This document shows, in pieces, positions 11,066-20,817 of a stretch of 64,000 nucleotides of DNA. The stretch lies in NCBI GenBank assembly GCA_963726195.1, contig CAVSBO010000016.1:64001-128000 (forward strand), written 5' to 3'. The notes under the pieces were generated by a model. That model searched no databases. It saw only the letters and a program-made list of their open reading frames with translations, and was not told where the DNA came from. This DNA comes from Candidatus Thorarchaeota archaeon. GTDB lineage: Archaea; Asgardarchaeota; Thorarchaeia; Thorarchaeales; Thorarchaeaceae. A program made the translations under genes and the position numbers. Every line of letters starts with the position of its first letter. Within the stretch, counting starts at the first letter, position 1.

Positions 11066-12871
11066 TTATGATGCAGTGGGTAAGGGTGCGCCTACTCCTG
11101 AGGTTTCTTTCAATAGAGCTTCAAACTCCCGTTCCATCTTGCTCTCAATAGTGTCCATGGTCTTGTTGTATGTGTCCCAAGGTGCAATCTTCATGCGGGC
11201 TATGTTGTCAAGCACACTGAATTCGAGAACTCTTCGTACATGCACACCCGTCTTTACGGCTTCAGCCATCTTGCGTGAGAAGAGCACGATGATGCGAAGC
11301 ATACGATAGGTCTTCCCTATAGGACAGTAGGTATCGATTTCGTGCACTGCGCTCTGAGTCAGGAAGTCCTCTTTGATCATCCTTGCAGCCTCGAGGACTG
11401 CACGCTCGGACTCTGGGAGTGCATCCGGGCCGACAAGCTGAACTATCTCACGCAGTTCGTTGTCCTTTTGGAGCAGCGCCGTGGCTTCGGCGACAAGCTC
11501 GGGCCAATCTGGCCCGAGATTCTTTCTGTGCCATTTCTCCAAGTTGCCGTGATATAGGGAGTAGCTGGTAAGCGTGTTAATGGCCGGGAAGAATCTTCGA
11601 GCTGCAAGGTCCTTGTCCAGGGCCCAGAAGACCTTCACAATCCGTAGTGTCGCTTGTGTAACCGGCTCAGAGAAGTCGCCACCAGGTGGCGAAACCGCAC
11701 CACACATCGTCACTGACCCCAGCCTTTCTACGGAACCGAGGGTCTTGACTCTGCCGCCGCGCTCATAGAACTGTGCAAGACGCGAGCCGAGATAGGCAGG
11801 GTATCCCTCTTCAGAGGGGAGCTGACCGAGTCTGCCTGAGATTTCACGAAGTGCTTCTGCCCAACGAGAAGTGGAGTCGGCCATGAGAGCAACGTCGTAA
11901 CCCTGATCTCTGAAGTATTCCGCAATTGTTGCAGCCACGTATATTGAAGCCTCTCGCGCTGCAACTGGCATATTTGATGTATTTGCAATCAGAACTGTGC
12001 GCTCCATCAGAGGACGACCAGACTTTGGATCTTCGAGCTTTGGCCACTCCTCGAGGGCCTCTGTCATCTCATTGCCGCGCTCTCCACAACCGACGTATAC
12101 TATGACCTGAGCATCAGCCCATTTCGCAAATTGGTGAAGTGTGACGGTCTTTCCTGTCCCGAACCCGCCAGGGATTGCCCCCGTGCCTCCTTTGGCCTGA
12201 GGCATGAATGTATCAATTACACGCTGGCCGCTGATGAGAGGAGTATCCATTGCAACCCGCTCTTTGAATGGGCGACCAATTCGGACCGGTGTCTTCTGCA
12301 TCATCACTACATCGTGTACGTCTCCATATCCGTCCTTCACCTTGCAGACAGAATCAACGACCAAGTACTCACCCTTGGGAACGATGCTTACAATCTCGCC
12401 CTCGACACCAACAGGAATCATTATCTTGGACGTGATTATGCCCGTCTCAGCGACTTCGCCGATGACGTCCCCAGGTACAACATGACTGCCAGCTTTGACG
12501 GTTGGAGCAAAGGGCCACTTCTTCTTCTTATCCAGGCCTTCCACCGTCAAGCCCCTCGTGATGAAGTCTCCTGACATAGAACGGAGCTCGGGCAGAGGTC
12601 TCTGAATGCCGTCGTAAATCGAGCCCAGCAGACCCGGACCAAGTTCCACGGAAAGCGCGCCTCCGGTCGAAATGACGGGTTCTCCGGGAGCCAAACCAGA
12701 AGTCTCTTCGTAGACCTGTGCTGTGAACTCCTGCGCGCCCACTTCGATGACTTCGCCAATCAGCTTCTCATTGCCTACCCTTACAACCTCATACATCCGG
12801 ATATTGTGGATTCCGCTGCACCTTACAACCGGTCCAGCAATGCTCTCGATTCTTCCAGCTTTTTGGCTCAT
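11066..12871 (-). CDS. atpA: A/V-type ATP synthase subunit A (no intein)
   Basis: PGGFGTGKTV P-loop, GCGERGNEM, ANTSNMPVAAREAS. Confidence 0.98.
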   Translation of the reverse strand: MSQKAGRIESIAGPVVRCSGIHNIRMYEVVRVGNEKLIGEVIEVGAQEFTAQVYEETSGLAPGEPVISTGGALSVELGPGLLGSIYDGIQRPLPELRSMSGDFITRGLTVEGLDKKKKWPFAPTVKAGSHVVPGDVIGEVAETGIITSKIMIPVGVEGEIVSIVPKGEYLVVDSVCKVKDGYGDVHDVVMMQKTPVRIGRPFKERVAMDTPLISGQRVIDTFMPQAKGGTGAIPGGFGTGKTVTLHQFAKWADAQVIVYVGCGERGNEMTEALEEWPKLEDPKSGRPLMERTVLIANTSNMPVAAREASIYVAATIAEYFRDQGYDVALMADSTSRWAEALREISGRLGQLPSEEGYPAYLGSRLAQFYERGGRVKTLGSVERLGSVTMCGAVSPPGGDFSEPVTQATLRIVKVFWALDKDLAARRFFPAINTLTSYSLYHGNLEKWHRKNLGPDWPELVAEATALLQKDNELREIVQLVGPDALPESERAVLEAARMIKEDFLTQSAVHEIDTYCPIGKTYRMLRIIVLFSRKMAEAVKTGVHVRRVLEFSVLDNIARMKIAPWDTYNKTMDTIESKMEREFEALLKETSGVGAPLPTAS

Positions 12872-12898
12872 TGTAGGGCGCTCCTTCTTGCAGAGATA

Positions 12899-13222
12899 TC
12901 AGACATTAATCTCAACACCAACGGCCCTGCGTATCAGTTCTTTCAACACGGTCTCGTGCGTCCCAGTGGATCCCAATCTGTCTGGAATAAGCAGGATGAC
13001 AGGCACCGGAGCCTGAGAAAGCTCAATGATTGTATCTTCTACTGCCGATGCAAGGCGTTCAGTTATGAGAATCAATCCCATTCGCGAATCTCTGAAGTAC
13101 TCAAGTAGCTTCTTCCTAGTTTCCTCTGGAGACTTGGGAATCGAACCTTCAGAGACTCCGACCATACGAAAGCCGGTGACTGTGTCCCTGTCACCTATGA
13201 CTGTAATCTTGTCGCTTACCAT
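12899..13222 (-). CDS. atpF: A/V-type ATP synthase subunit F
   Basis: VIGDRDTVTGFRMVGV...IRRAVGV. Confidence 0.95.
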   Translation of the reverse strand: MVSDKITVIGDRDTVTGFRMVGVSEGSIPKSPEETRKKLLEYFRDSRMGLILITERLASAVEDTIIELSQAPVPVILLIPDRLGSTGTHETVLKELIRRAVGVEINV

Positions 13223-13350
13223 GGGACCTCACGTTGAGCTTATTCAAGCGCGCCACGGACACCCCATTAAAAAGGGTATGCAACAGCTGCGTAGAAGTTG
13301 GACGATCTTGGACATCTTCGAGTAGGGGCTTAAATAGCTTGAACCAGACT

Positions 13351-13560
13351 GCTCTTTGAGGCTAACTCGACATAGACCAGCCTCAAGGAGTGCGACCCCA
13401 GTGCCGTTTCTGGGAGGACAAAGACTCCTGTATCCAACTTTGTCCAACTCACAATGAACGGTTCTGCACATGCGCGATTCTGCCATCGCAAGTTGTAGTA
13501 ACGGCTTGTGGCCGTGGACGAGAGCCGGGCATGTCGATCACGCACGACAAACCGGTCTCT
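13351..13560 (+). ncRNA. Candidate ~210-nt multi-hairpin ncRNA of unknown family
   Basis: Six stems in series, the first 13 bp with two G-U pairs favouring the + strand; upstream TTAAATAG at 13330-13337. Confidence 0.5.
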
Positions 13561-14051
13561 CATTTCCTCAGTGTGAATTGAGATATGATTTCTTCATCAC
13601 TTACCATTGTCCAGCAGTAGAGGCACTTCAGCTGGATCGGGGACCGAGATACTACCTGGTAGCTCGGAGTGATTGGCTCGCGTTCTTGGTTGGTAATGCA
13701 CCGTGTGTTAGGACACTTAATGACATTACTGATGATATTCGGAAGCTGAACACGAGTCTTCTTCACGACCTTTGTGTCCCGAATCAGGTTTATGGTTGCC
13801 TCCGGTGCGACCAAGGCAATCTTTGCCACTTCGGCGCTATCGAGGAACCTCGTCTCGATCTTCACTATGTCCTTGCGGCCCATCTTGGAGCTGGCAACGT
13901 TCATAGCCAGACTTACGATTGCGCCCTCCTTCCCTGTAATGCCCAAGATCTGAAGCACCTCAAGAGCATGACCTCCCCTAATGTGGTCAATGACTGTGCC
14001 ATCCTTGATTTTGTCGACTCTCAGTTTCTCGTCAGTTGTGGTTGCAGCCAT
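13560..14051 (-). CDS. pyrI: Aspartate carbamoyltransferase regulatory subunit
   Basis: LRVDKIKDGTVIDHI, KDIVKIE, CPNTRCIT, CLYC. Confidence 0.95.
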   Translation of the reverse strand: MAATTTDEKLRVDKIKDGTVIDHIRGGHALEVLQILGITGKEGAIVSLAMNVASSKMGRKDIVKIETRFLDSAEVAKIALVAPEATINLIRDTKVVKKTRVQLPNIISNVIKCPNTRCITNQEREPITPSYQVVSRSPIQLKCLYCWTMVSDEEIISQFTLRK

Positions 14052-14178
14052 GATTCTCACCGTATCTTCTACAGACAGACTGCAGAGCAGCGTTTTATCA
14101 TTTGCTCTGGACCACGTAGGCCAAGCTTGATATGTAGAATGGGAGGGAGTGTTCCGGACTAAGAACGGTGGAATGTGA

Positions 14179-15523
14179 ATGGTCCTCGAAGCCCTAGGTA
14201 AGGCCCTGAATTCAGCACTAAAGAAGCTCTTCGGAGCTGGCGTCATAGACGAGGAACTTGTCAAGGAACTAGTGAAGGACATCCAACGTGCTCTGCTACA
14301 GGCAGATGTGGACGTGAACCTAGTCATGCAGATAACTGACAGGGTTCAGAAGATGGCATTGGATGAATCGCTTCCCAGAGGAGTCTCCAGAAGAGAGCAT
14401 ATTGTCAAAGTTGTCTGGGACAGTCTTTCTTACTTCCTCGGGGAAAAGGCGGTTCCCCTGACCATTAATCCGGGCAAACCCAACCTAGTCATGATGGTGG
14501 GAATCCAAGGCTCAGGAAAGACAACAACGGTAGGCAAGCTCGCCCGGTACTACCAGAAACGTGGTATCAAGACTGGTGTGATATGTGCTGACAATTTCCG
14601 TCTGGGTGCGTATGCTCAGCTCAGACAGACTGGCTGAGAAATCGAGCGTGCCATTCTATGGAGACGAGACCGAAAAGAACGCAGTGAAGCTTGCAAAGAA
14701 AGGCTACCAAGAAATGGTAAGCAAAGGCGTCGAACTCATTCTGCTAGACACGGCAGGCCGTCACCGCGAAGAAGCGGGATTGATTAAGGAAATGCAGGAG
14801 ATTGCCAAGGCCGTCAGCCCACAAGAGATAATCCTCGTTGTGGACGGGACTCTTGGCCAGCAGGCAGGTGCTCAAGCCGCGGCGTTCAAGAATGCAACCG
14901 ACATCGGGTCAATCATAGTGACTAAGCTCGATGGAAGTGCGAAGGGGGGCGGGGCTCTCTCTGCCGTAGCGGCTACTCAAGCGCCGATTAAGTTCATCGG
15001 TACGGGAGAGGGCATAGACGCCATCGAACCCTTCAATCCGACCAAGTTTGCAGGCCGATTGTTGGGGATGTCAGACATCAAGGGTCTGATTGAGAAGGTC
15101 AAAGAGGCCCAAGTCGAAATCGATGAGGACGCCGCCAAGCGTATCATGAAGGGACAATTCTCGCTTACAGATATGATGGCTCAGCTCAAACAGCTCAAGA
15201 AGATGGGCCCTATCGGTAAGGTCATGGAGATGCTCGGTCTGAAGTACAAATTGCCGGACAATGTGGCAGAGCTTCAGGAGGAGAACCTGAAGCGCTTCGA
15301 GGTCATTATGAATTCCATGACACGTGAAGAACTGGACGACCCAAAGATCATCAAATCATCACGAATGAGACGAGCTGCAATGGGTTCCGGAACTCGACAG
15401 AGCGATGTCAAGGAGCTCCTGAAACAGTATGAACAGATGAAGAAGATGCTGAAGGCCTTCGGAAAGTCGAGAAGGGGCAGACGAGGAGCTATGCCGGGCA
15501 TACCCGGCCTGCCCGGCGTTTGA
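14179..15523 (+). CDS. srp54: Signal recognition particle protein SRP54 (frameshift ~14627)
   Basis: GIQGSGKTTT, DTAGR, TKLDGSAKGGG, Met-rich M domain. Confidence 0.97.
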
Positions 15524-15526
15524 ACC

Positions 15527-16150
15527 ATGTCGTATCTGTCAACCGGACGTGTTCAATTGATTACTCGTCGCTTCCTTGTAGGGTTCAACGGCATGTCAAT
15601 CGACGCGGCGCAAGTGAAGTCCGGTCTGAATAGCAGGGAGACCGTTGTTGCATGCAGGTGCATTAACGTCGGACTATTTGTCTCTGATGACCTTCGGAGG
15701 GATGTGGAAGTCAGCCTATGCATTGGACATGATTTGGACCTCCGTATCATCTCCTTTTCTGGAGAGAGAATTAAGAGGGTATCACCTGATGAGCGGTCAA
15801 TCTCTTTCTTCTTGTTGAAGGCGATGCAACTGCTGGATGAGATGGATTTCGGAAGGGTCAGGTCCACGGACAACGGGATTGTGCTATCAAGAACCAACTC
15901 AAAGGATCTTGTCACAAGCTGGTCCACAGAGCGTGTGCATGTGGCGGATCGATCTGCACCAACAACTGACTGGAGCTTCGTGTCGACAGGCGGATTATTC
16001 GTTTACGATATGTCGGATGTGCTTTCGCGTGGGTTCACGAATAGTTCGACATCGCTGCTGCATCGTCCCCAAAACCCTGAAAGGTTCATCCTTGATGCGA
16101 ATATGCACTGCGACCTGCTTGAGGCTTCGCTCCTGAAGAAAGCTTCATAA
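15527..16150 (+). CDS. TrmY-like SPOUT protein with a divergent C-terminus
   Basis: RRF...ACRCINVGLFVSDDLRRDV...SPDERSI matches the TrmY N-terminal half. Confidence 0.65.
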   Translation: MSYLSTGRVQLITRRFLVGFNGMSIDAAQVKSGLNSRETVVACRCINVGLFVSDDLRRDVEVSLCIGHDLDLRIISFSGERIKRVSPDERSISFFLLKAMQLLDEMDFGRVRSTDNGIVLSRTNSKDLVTSWSTERVHVADRSAPTTDWSFVSTGGLFVYDMSDVLSRGFTNSSTSLLHRPQNPERFILDANMHCDLLEASLLKKAS

Positions 16151-16204
16151 TAGCATCCTCCATATCTTCTGTGTAATCGAGTACTCGTGTGTGTGTGATC
16201 TCGC

Positions 16205-17380
16205 GTGCCCACGAATGTGACTCCTCAATTCAGCGCACAGCGGCAACGGTACGAAGACGCAGAATCATTGGAACAGAAGATTGCAGAACTGGAGAAGCTT
16301 CTGTCGCTGGCTCCCGGCCACAAGGGAGCAGAAAAGATGGTTTCTGACTACCGAAAGAAGCTGGCTCGTCACAAGGCAGACCTTGAGAAGAAGAAGGAAA
16401 TCGAACGGACACGAAGAAGCTCGGGCAGTGAAGAAGGTGCAATCAAGAAGGAGGGAGCAGGACAGGTCTGCTTAGTAGGCTTGACCAGCAGCGGCAAGTC
16501 CGCATTGATTAACTCAGTGACCAATGCGAGTCTCGCAGTGGGGGACCATCCCTTCACCACAGCTGTGCCGGCTCCTGCAATGATGACTCTGGAGGATGTC
16601 AACATTCAACTTGTGGAGCTTCCCGGCGTTTTTGAGGGCAGCCGTGAGACCAGCATTGGCAGACAGGCGATGGCGCTTGCACGAAACACGGATTGTATCG
16701 CCATCATAATCGACCTGTCCCAAGACGTAGACTCACAGATGAGTGTGATACTAGAGGAGATTGACAGGTCAAGGATCAGGCTTAACAAAGAGAAGTCAGC
16801 TGTGAGAGTAGAAAGAGTCGGTTTGGGAGGACAGATGATTTATGGCGCCCAAAACTATCAGGGCGATATACAAGAAGTGTACGAGTATCTTAGGGCCCGA
16901 AAGGTAGTGAATGCTATTGTCCGCTTTCAGAAACCTGCGACTTTTCAGCAGTTCATCGATGCGCTGGACACGAGCGTTGTGTATGTGCGGGCTTTTGTGA
17001 TTGCTACGAAGGGAGACGTCACGGGCTCAAATGAGCGGTACGAGGAACTCAAGGGCAAGTACGGCAACAGATTTGACATAGTTCCAGTTTCCGCCTCCAT
17101 GGGACAGAACTTGGAGGCGATGAAATGGGCCTTGTACAACCATCTGGACATTCTTCGTATTTACACGAAGAGTCCGCGCAGGGACCCCGATGAGAAGCCG
17201 ATTATCCTTCCCGAAGGATCAGTCGTTGAAGATGCTGCACGAAAAGTGCACAAACAGCTGTTCGTAGAGAGATTCCGTGCCGCAGTCATTTTCAGAGGGA
17301 ACGACAAGATTAAGCGAAGACAAGTGGGGCTCAGCTACCCACTTCAGGATGGCGACATAGTTCAGCTGTTGCATACGTGA
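16205..17380 (+). CDS. DRG/OBG-family GTPase with TGS domain
   Basis: MPTNVT, GLTSSGKS, PFTT, IQLVELPG, TKGD, RIYTK...LQDGDIVQL. Confidence 0.9.
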   Translation: MPTNVTPQFSAQRQRYEDAESLEQKIAELEKLLSLAPGHKGAEKMVSDYRKKLARHKADLEKKKEIERTRRSSGSEEGAIKKEGAGQVCLVGLTSSGKSALINSVTNASLAVGDHPFTTAVPAPAMMTLEDVNIQLVELPGVFEGSRETSIGRQAMALARNTDCIAIIIDLSQDVDSQMSVILEEIDRSRIRLNKEKSAVRVERVGLGGQMIYGAQNYQGDIQEVYEYLRARKVVNAIVRFQKPATFQQFIDALDTSVVYVRAFVIATKGDVTGSNERYEELKGKYGNRFDIVPVSASMGQNLEAMKWALYNHLDILRIYTKSPRRDPDEKPIILPEGSVVEDAARKVHKQLFVERFRAAVIFRGNDKIKRRQVGLSYPLQDGDIVQLLHT

Positions 17381-17419
17381 TCGACTCCTCCGAGAAGTAA
17401 TCATCATGAGGCAAGTAGA

Positions 17420-18163
17420 TTGGCGAATCTTTCAGGTTTAATCGTCGTTCTTGTCCAACCGGAGACTCCGGGCAATGTCGGTTTCGTGGCAAGAGCCATG
17501 GCAAACTTCGGCATTCAGACGCTCAGAATAGTCGGTGCAGATCCCAGACAGGACGAGCAGGCAAGGATATTCTCTGTCCATGCTCTGGACATTCTCGAAT
17601 CCGCCGAGATATTTCCGGACCTGCCATCTGCCCTTTCAGGAACTCATGTTGCATGGGCTGCTACAGCAAGAGCTGGCGGGAACTTCAGCGTGACCCGCGC
17701 CGTTGTATCGTTGACCGAGCTCCCGGACCCGACATCTCTGAACGGAAAGGTCGCATTGGTCTTCGGCAGGGAGAGCTCCGGGCTGACCAACGAAGAAATC
17801 GATCTATGTGATTTGGCCTTCTCAATACCCACCTCTGCGAAGAATCCTAGCATCAATCTGAGCCATGCGGTCGCTGTAACTCTGTACGACCTGTTTATGC
17901 GGTATGCGCCGAAAAGGGAACGAACTCAGTCCGACGCTCGGCCCGCGACAAGACAAGAGCGGGAACAGGTCTGCAAATTCATAGATGAGATCACGGACCG
18001 TCTTCCAATCCCTGAACACAGAAAGCCCATCACGAAACGTGTCTTCAGGAACCTGTTGGGCAGGGCTTACATAACAGGGAGAGAAGCTTTCACAATGACC
18101 GGGTTCGCTCGCGTGCTGAGAGACCTTGTACTAGAGAAAGAAGGTGACTACTCTGCACCATAA
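17420..18163 (+). CDS. trmJ: TrmJ-family tRNA 2'-O-methyltransferase
   Basis: GNVGFVARAMANFG, LVFGRESSGLTNEE, SINLSHAV. Confidence 0.9.
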   Translation: MANLSGLIVVLVQPETPGNVGFVARAMANFGIQTLRIVGADPRQDEQARIFSVHALDILESAEIFPDLPSALSGTHVAWAATARAGGNFSVTRAVVSLTELPDPTSLNGKVALVFGRESSGLTNEEIDLCDLAFSIPTSAKNPSINLSHAVAVTLYDLFMRYAPKRERTQSDARPATRQEREQVCKFIDEITDRLPIPEHRKPITKRVFRNLLGRAYITGREAFTMTGFARVLRDLVLEKEGDYSAP

Positions 18164-18690
18164 CCGAGTTTCCGTCTGAGTTCAGGGTCAATTCGGTCGA
18201 AGACTATCCTGCACGGTGTAGGCATCTTTGGAGCGGCCTTTTCGAGTGCCTCGCGCGCAGTCTCAATCTGATCCCTATTGACACGTATAGTGATTATAGC
18301 TTGCCCGGGACGAATACGTGCGGAACTCCCGATGACCTTGCCCCAAGACTTTCGCATACCGTCCTGCACACGGTCTGCTCCTGCGCCTGTCACCATTTTG
18401 TTCTCTCGAAGCCACTGATATGGCTTGACACGAATCCTCAGGTGGAACTTCTGTTTCGCGGTCTTCTTGGACATGTGTCTGTTCGCAGCGATACGCGCAG
18501 CCTCAAGGGCTTGATTCCTGATCTGACATCGCTCGAGACCAACGAGAGACATCTCTACCTCAAAATCGCCATTGGGCTGACCCATGTCGAAGCTGACAAG
18601 CTTGGAAACTGGCTGCCTGTGGATATACCGGGTCCGCATGAACGCGGGTCGATCGCACTCCCTATAACAGCGGCCTGGACGCTTACCCAT
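18148..18690 (-). CDS. rpl10e: 50S ribosomal protein uL16 (L10e)
   Basis: RPGRCYR, ALEAARIAANR, LRENKM..GAGADR. Confidence 0.97.
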   Translation of the reverse strand: MGKRPGRCYRECDRPAFMRTRYIHRQPVSKLVSFDMGQPNGDFEVEMSLVGLERCQIRNQALEAARIAANRHMSKKTAKQKFHLRIRVKPYQWLRENKMVTGAGADRVQDGMRKSWGKVIGSSARIRPGQAIITIRVNRDQIETAREALEKAAPKMPTPCRIVFDRIDPELRRKLGYGAE

Positions 18691-18910
18691 ATCGTTCACC
18701 TGAGACTGCTCTATAGACTTCTCTGCTCAGACTCAGGGAGAGCCTCTAGGCATTCAATAAAAGGGTTGTGGCACGAACGAACGGATGTCAGTTCAATGGC
18801 GGCCGCTACGAAGAGGAGGTTCCACTGACTTCGAATAGGCAATGACCCCGTCCGAAGACTCCATAAACACTGACGAGTGTAAAACCGACAGACAGGGTGG
18901 GACAGAATTG

Positions 18911-19576
18911 ATGCGGCGAAGTGTTTTGGGTGCTGCCATTATTGTGGTCAGTGTCTTAGGAGTTACCGGAGGAGTCCTCGTGCTCTACAACCAAAGTGCC
19001 GGTCTGCACTGGGCAGTGGAATCGGGTACGGAAATCACCTACGCTGTCAAAGTGTCTGGCTTCACTGAGTATTGGCCGTTCAACGGGTCATTGTACGCCC
19101 CACCACACGTTGAGCTGAACAACACGTTCGTAACAATACGAATCGACAGTCTTCCAGAGATTCCTGCCTTCCTCAACGGAGGAACATTCGCAGAGAGCAT
19201 ACTGAGCAACGTGAAGACTTCCATCACAGGACCACTTGTGTATATGAACGGGACCGAGGTTGTTTCGGTGGACTACTTGTTTCTCAACAATCTCTTATCT
19301 CAGTCCATTCTGCCTGTGGGAAACTGGCCCTTCATAGACTCCCTGTATCCGGACATACTGGAATCAGACCCACTTTGTGATACCTATTTTTCATCTCTGA
19401 ACACATCGTTCGTGATTGGCCATAGGACGTATCTATATGACGCAGGCTCGGGATGGTCCGCCACCGTGGATATGACCACAGGACTCCCGACCAACGCCAC
19501 CGTTTGGGCGTCGCAATTCTATGGGTACACTTTCTATTCGTACGAAATCACGCTGACTCCAGTGCCATCTGGCTAG
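18911..19576 (+). CDS. Membrane-anchored/secreted hypothetical protein
   Basis: N-terminal basic plus hydrophobic segment; several NxS/T sequons. Confidence 0.7.
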   Translation: MRRSVLGAAIIVVSVLGVTGGVLVLYNQSAGLHWAVESGTEITYAVKVSGFTEYWPFNGSLYAPPHVELNNTFVTIRIDSLPEIPAFLNGGTFAESILSNVKTSITGPLVYMNGTEVVSVDYLFLNNLLSQSILPVGNWPFIDSLYPDILESDPLCDTYFSSLNTSFVIGHRTYLYDAGSGWSATVDMTTGLPTNATVWASQFYGYTFYSYEITLTPVPSG

Positions 19577-19610
19577 AGTGAAATCCCGAATTGGGAAGTA
19601 GGACATTCCA

Positions 19611-20555
19611 TCAACGGTGCACTCCCTGTGATGAGATCGCTGCGATTACGACGAGCGGAAAAACCACGGTCGCGTCCCCGATGACGGTCTCATAGTTCGC
19701 ATCGGTCTGAACCTTCTGCCAAGAAATCCCTTCTCCAATGGGGGCTCCGCTCAAGCTTCCTCCTTCCGGCCGGTCCAACGTAATCTGTATCGCCATGTCG
19801 AGACCTCCCCGCAATATCGTGCTGCCCATTGCAAAATGCTTTGCAAGACCGCCCCCAAGCATGATAGCACCCGTCGTCTTTGTTGCGGTGATCATCTCAC
19901 CGAGTATCCGGAGGTCTTTCACGAAATCGAGCGACAGAGGCTGCATAGTGCTGTATGTATACAAATGAAAGCCGAGCATGGAATCCATAAGCCCCGGCGA
20001 AAAGATTGGAACCTTCTTGAGCGCGGCTTGATGCACTATCGACATCTTGTCATTCAGCGTTTTTCCCAGTTCTGTCAAGAACTCACTTGGTGCAAGAGTG
20101 AGACGCTTGTGCTGAGGCAAAGAGTCGAGGAACTTGTAAATCATCTTTTCAAAGAGCTCGAAGTCTTCGTTCCGTACGATTATGTCGGCAATCCGTCCCA
20201 TGCCCATCTGCCTGAGCTCGGCATCGTCTTTCTGCGCGGGAACGCGATAGTGCGCACCACCATACGCTTCGACCAAATCATGCACGATGTTTGCTCCACT
20301 CGTGACGATTGCATCAACGTAACCTTCTCTTACAAGGTAAGCCATTAGGTTTCTTAGTCCGCCTGGAACCATTGGACCGGACATGGAAAGAAAAGTGAAA
20401 CAGTCAGGATCTTGGAACATTTTCGATACGATTGCAGTAGCCCTGCCAAGACGGCCAGCTCCGAGCACCCCGACGTCCTGCATCGCGTGCACGAGCTCTG
20501 CAACGGACATGCTTCGTTGTGGGTCGATGTACTTTACCCGCTCCATGATAATCAA
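19611..20555 (-). CDS. dys: Deoxyhypusine synthase
   Basis: SGPMVPGGLR, GGGLAKH, GGSLSGA...ISWQKV, GDATVVFPL. Confidence 0.95.
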   Translation of the reverse strand: MIIMERVKYIDPQRSMSVAELVHAMQDVGVLGAGRLGRATAIVSKMFQDPDCFTFLSMSGPMVPGGLRNLMAYLVREGYVDAIVTSGANIVHDLVEAYGGAHYRVPAQKDDAELRQMGMGRIADIIVRNEDFELFEKMIYKFLDSLPQHKRLTLAPSEFLTELGKTLNDKMSIVHQAALKKVPIFSPGLMDSMLGFHLYTYSTMQPLSLDFVKDLRILGEMITATKTTGAIMLGGGLAKHFAMGSTILRGGLDMAIQITLDRPEGGSLSGAPIGEGISWQKVQTDANYETVIGDATVVFPLVVIAAISSQGVHR

Positions 20556-20601
20556 TTAGCCGGACACGGTCAGGCGGTGATAAAGGATTCTGTCAAAAGG
20601 A

Positions 20602-20751
20602 GGAGAAGGCGGCGAGCCCAAGTCAATTCCGGGAGGGCTATGCTCGGGTTCGCACGCCTAAGAACGAGTTCTCGATCGCAACATGAGCACAGTCTTGATT
20701 CAGGTTTTTGGGTTGCCGCTGTGGCTCCCAAAGTAGGATTCGGGCCCGGAG
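20602..20751 (+). ncRNA. Candidate bipartite antisense guide RNA for the SSU rRNA central-pseudoknot region
   Basis: Lower stem 20608-20621/20708-20720, upper stem 20634-20645/20685-20696; loop strands GTCAATTCC (20622-20630) and TTCAGGTTT (20699-20707) are antisense to contiguous AAACTT(A/G)AA-GGAATTGAC. Confidence 0.6.
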
Positions 20752-20817
20752 AGGTTGTCGAAAGTACTCGTATTCAGTTCAATATGCTTAAACGGGCCCA
20801 GAGGCCACGAAACCAGC

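Noticed and set aside
13351-13560. Identity as RNase P RNA, SRP RNA or a U1-like snRNA (GATCACG near 13536)
   Set aside because: No GGAAAGTCC P4 strand, no SRP helix-8 motif and no U1 5' sequence; short matches are expected by chance
20602-20730. Standard H/ACA guide, 5S rRNA or tRNA-Sec
   Set aside because: No ACA after the stem, no target U at the junction, no 5S conserved loops and no cloverleaf
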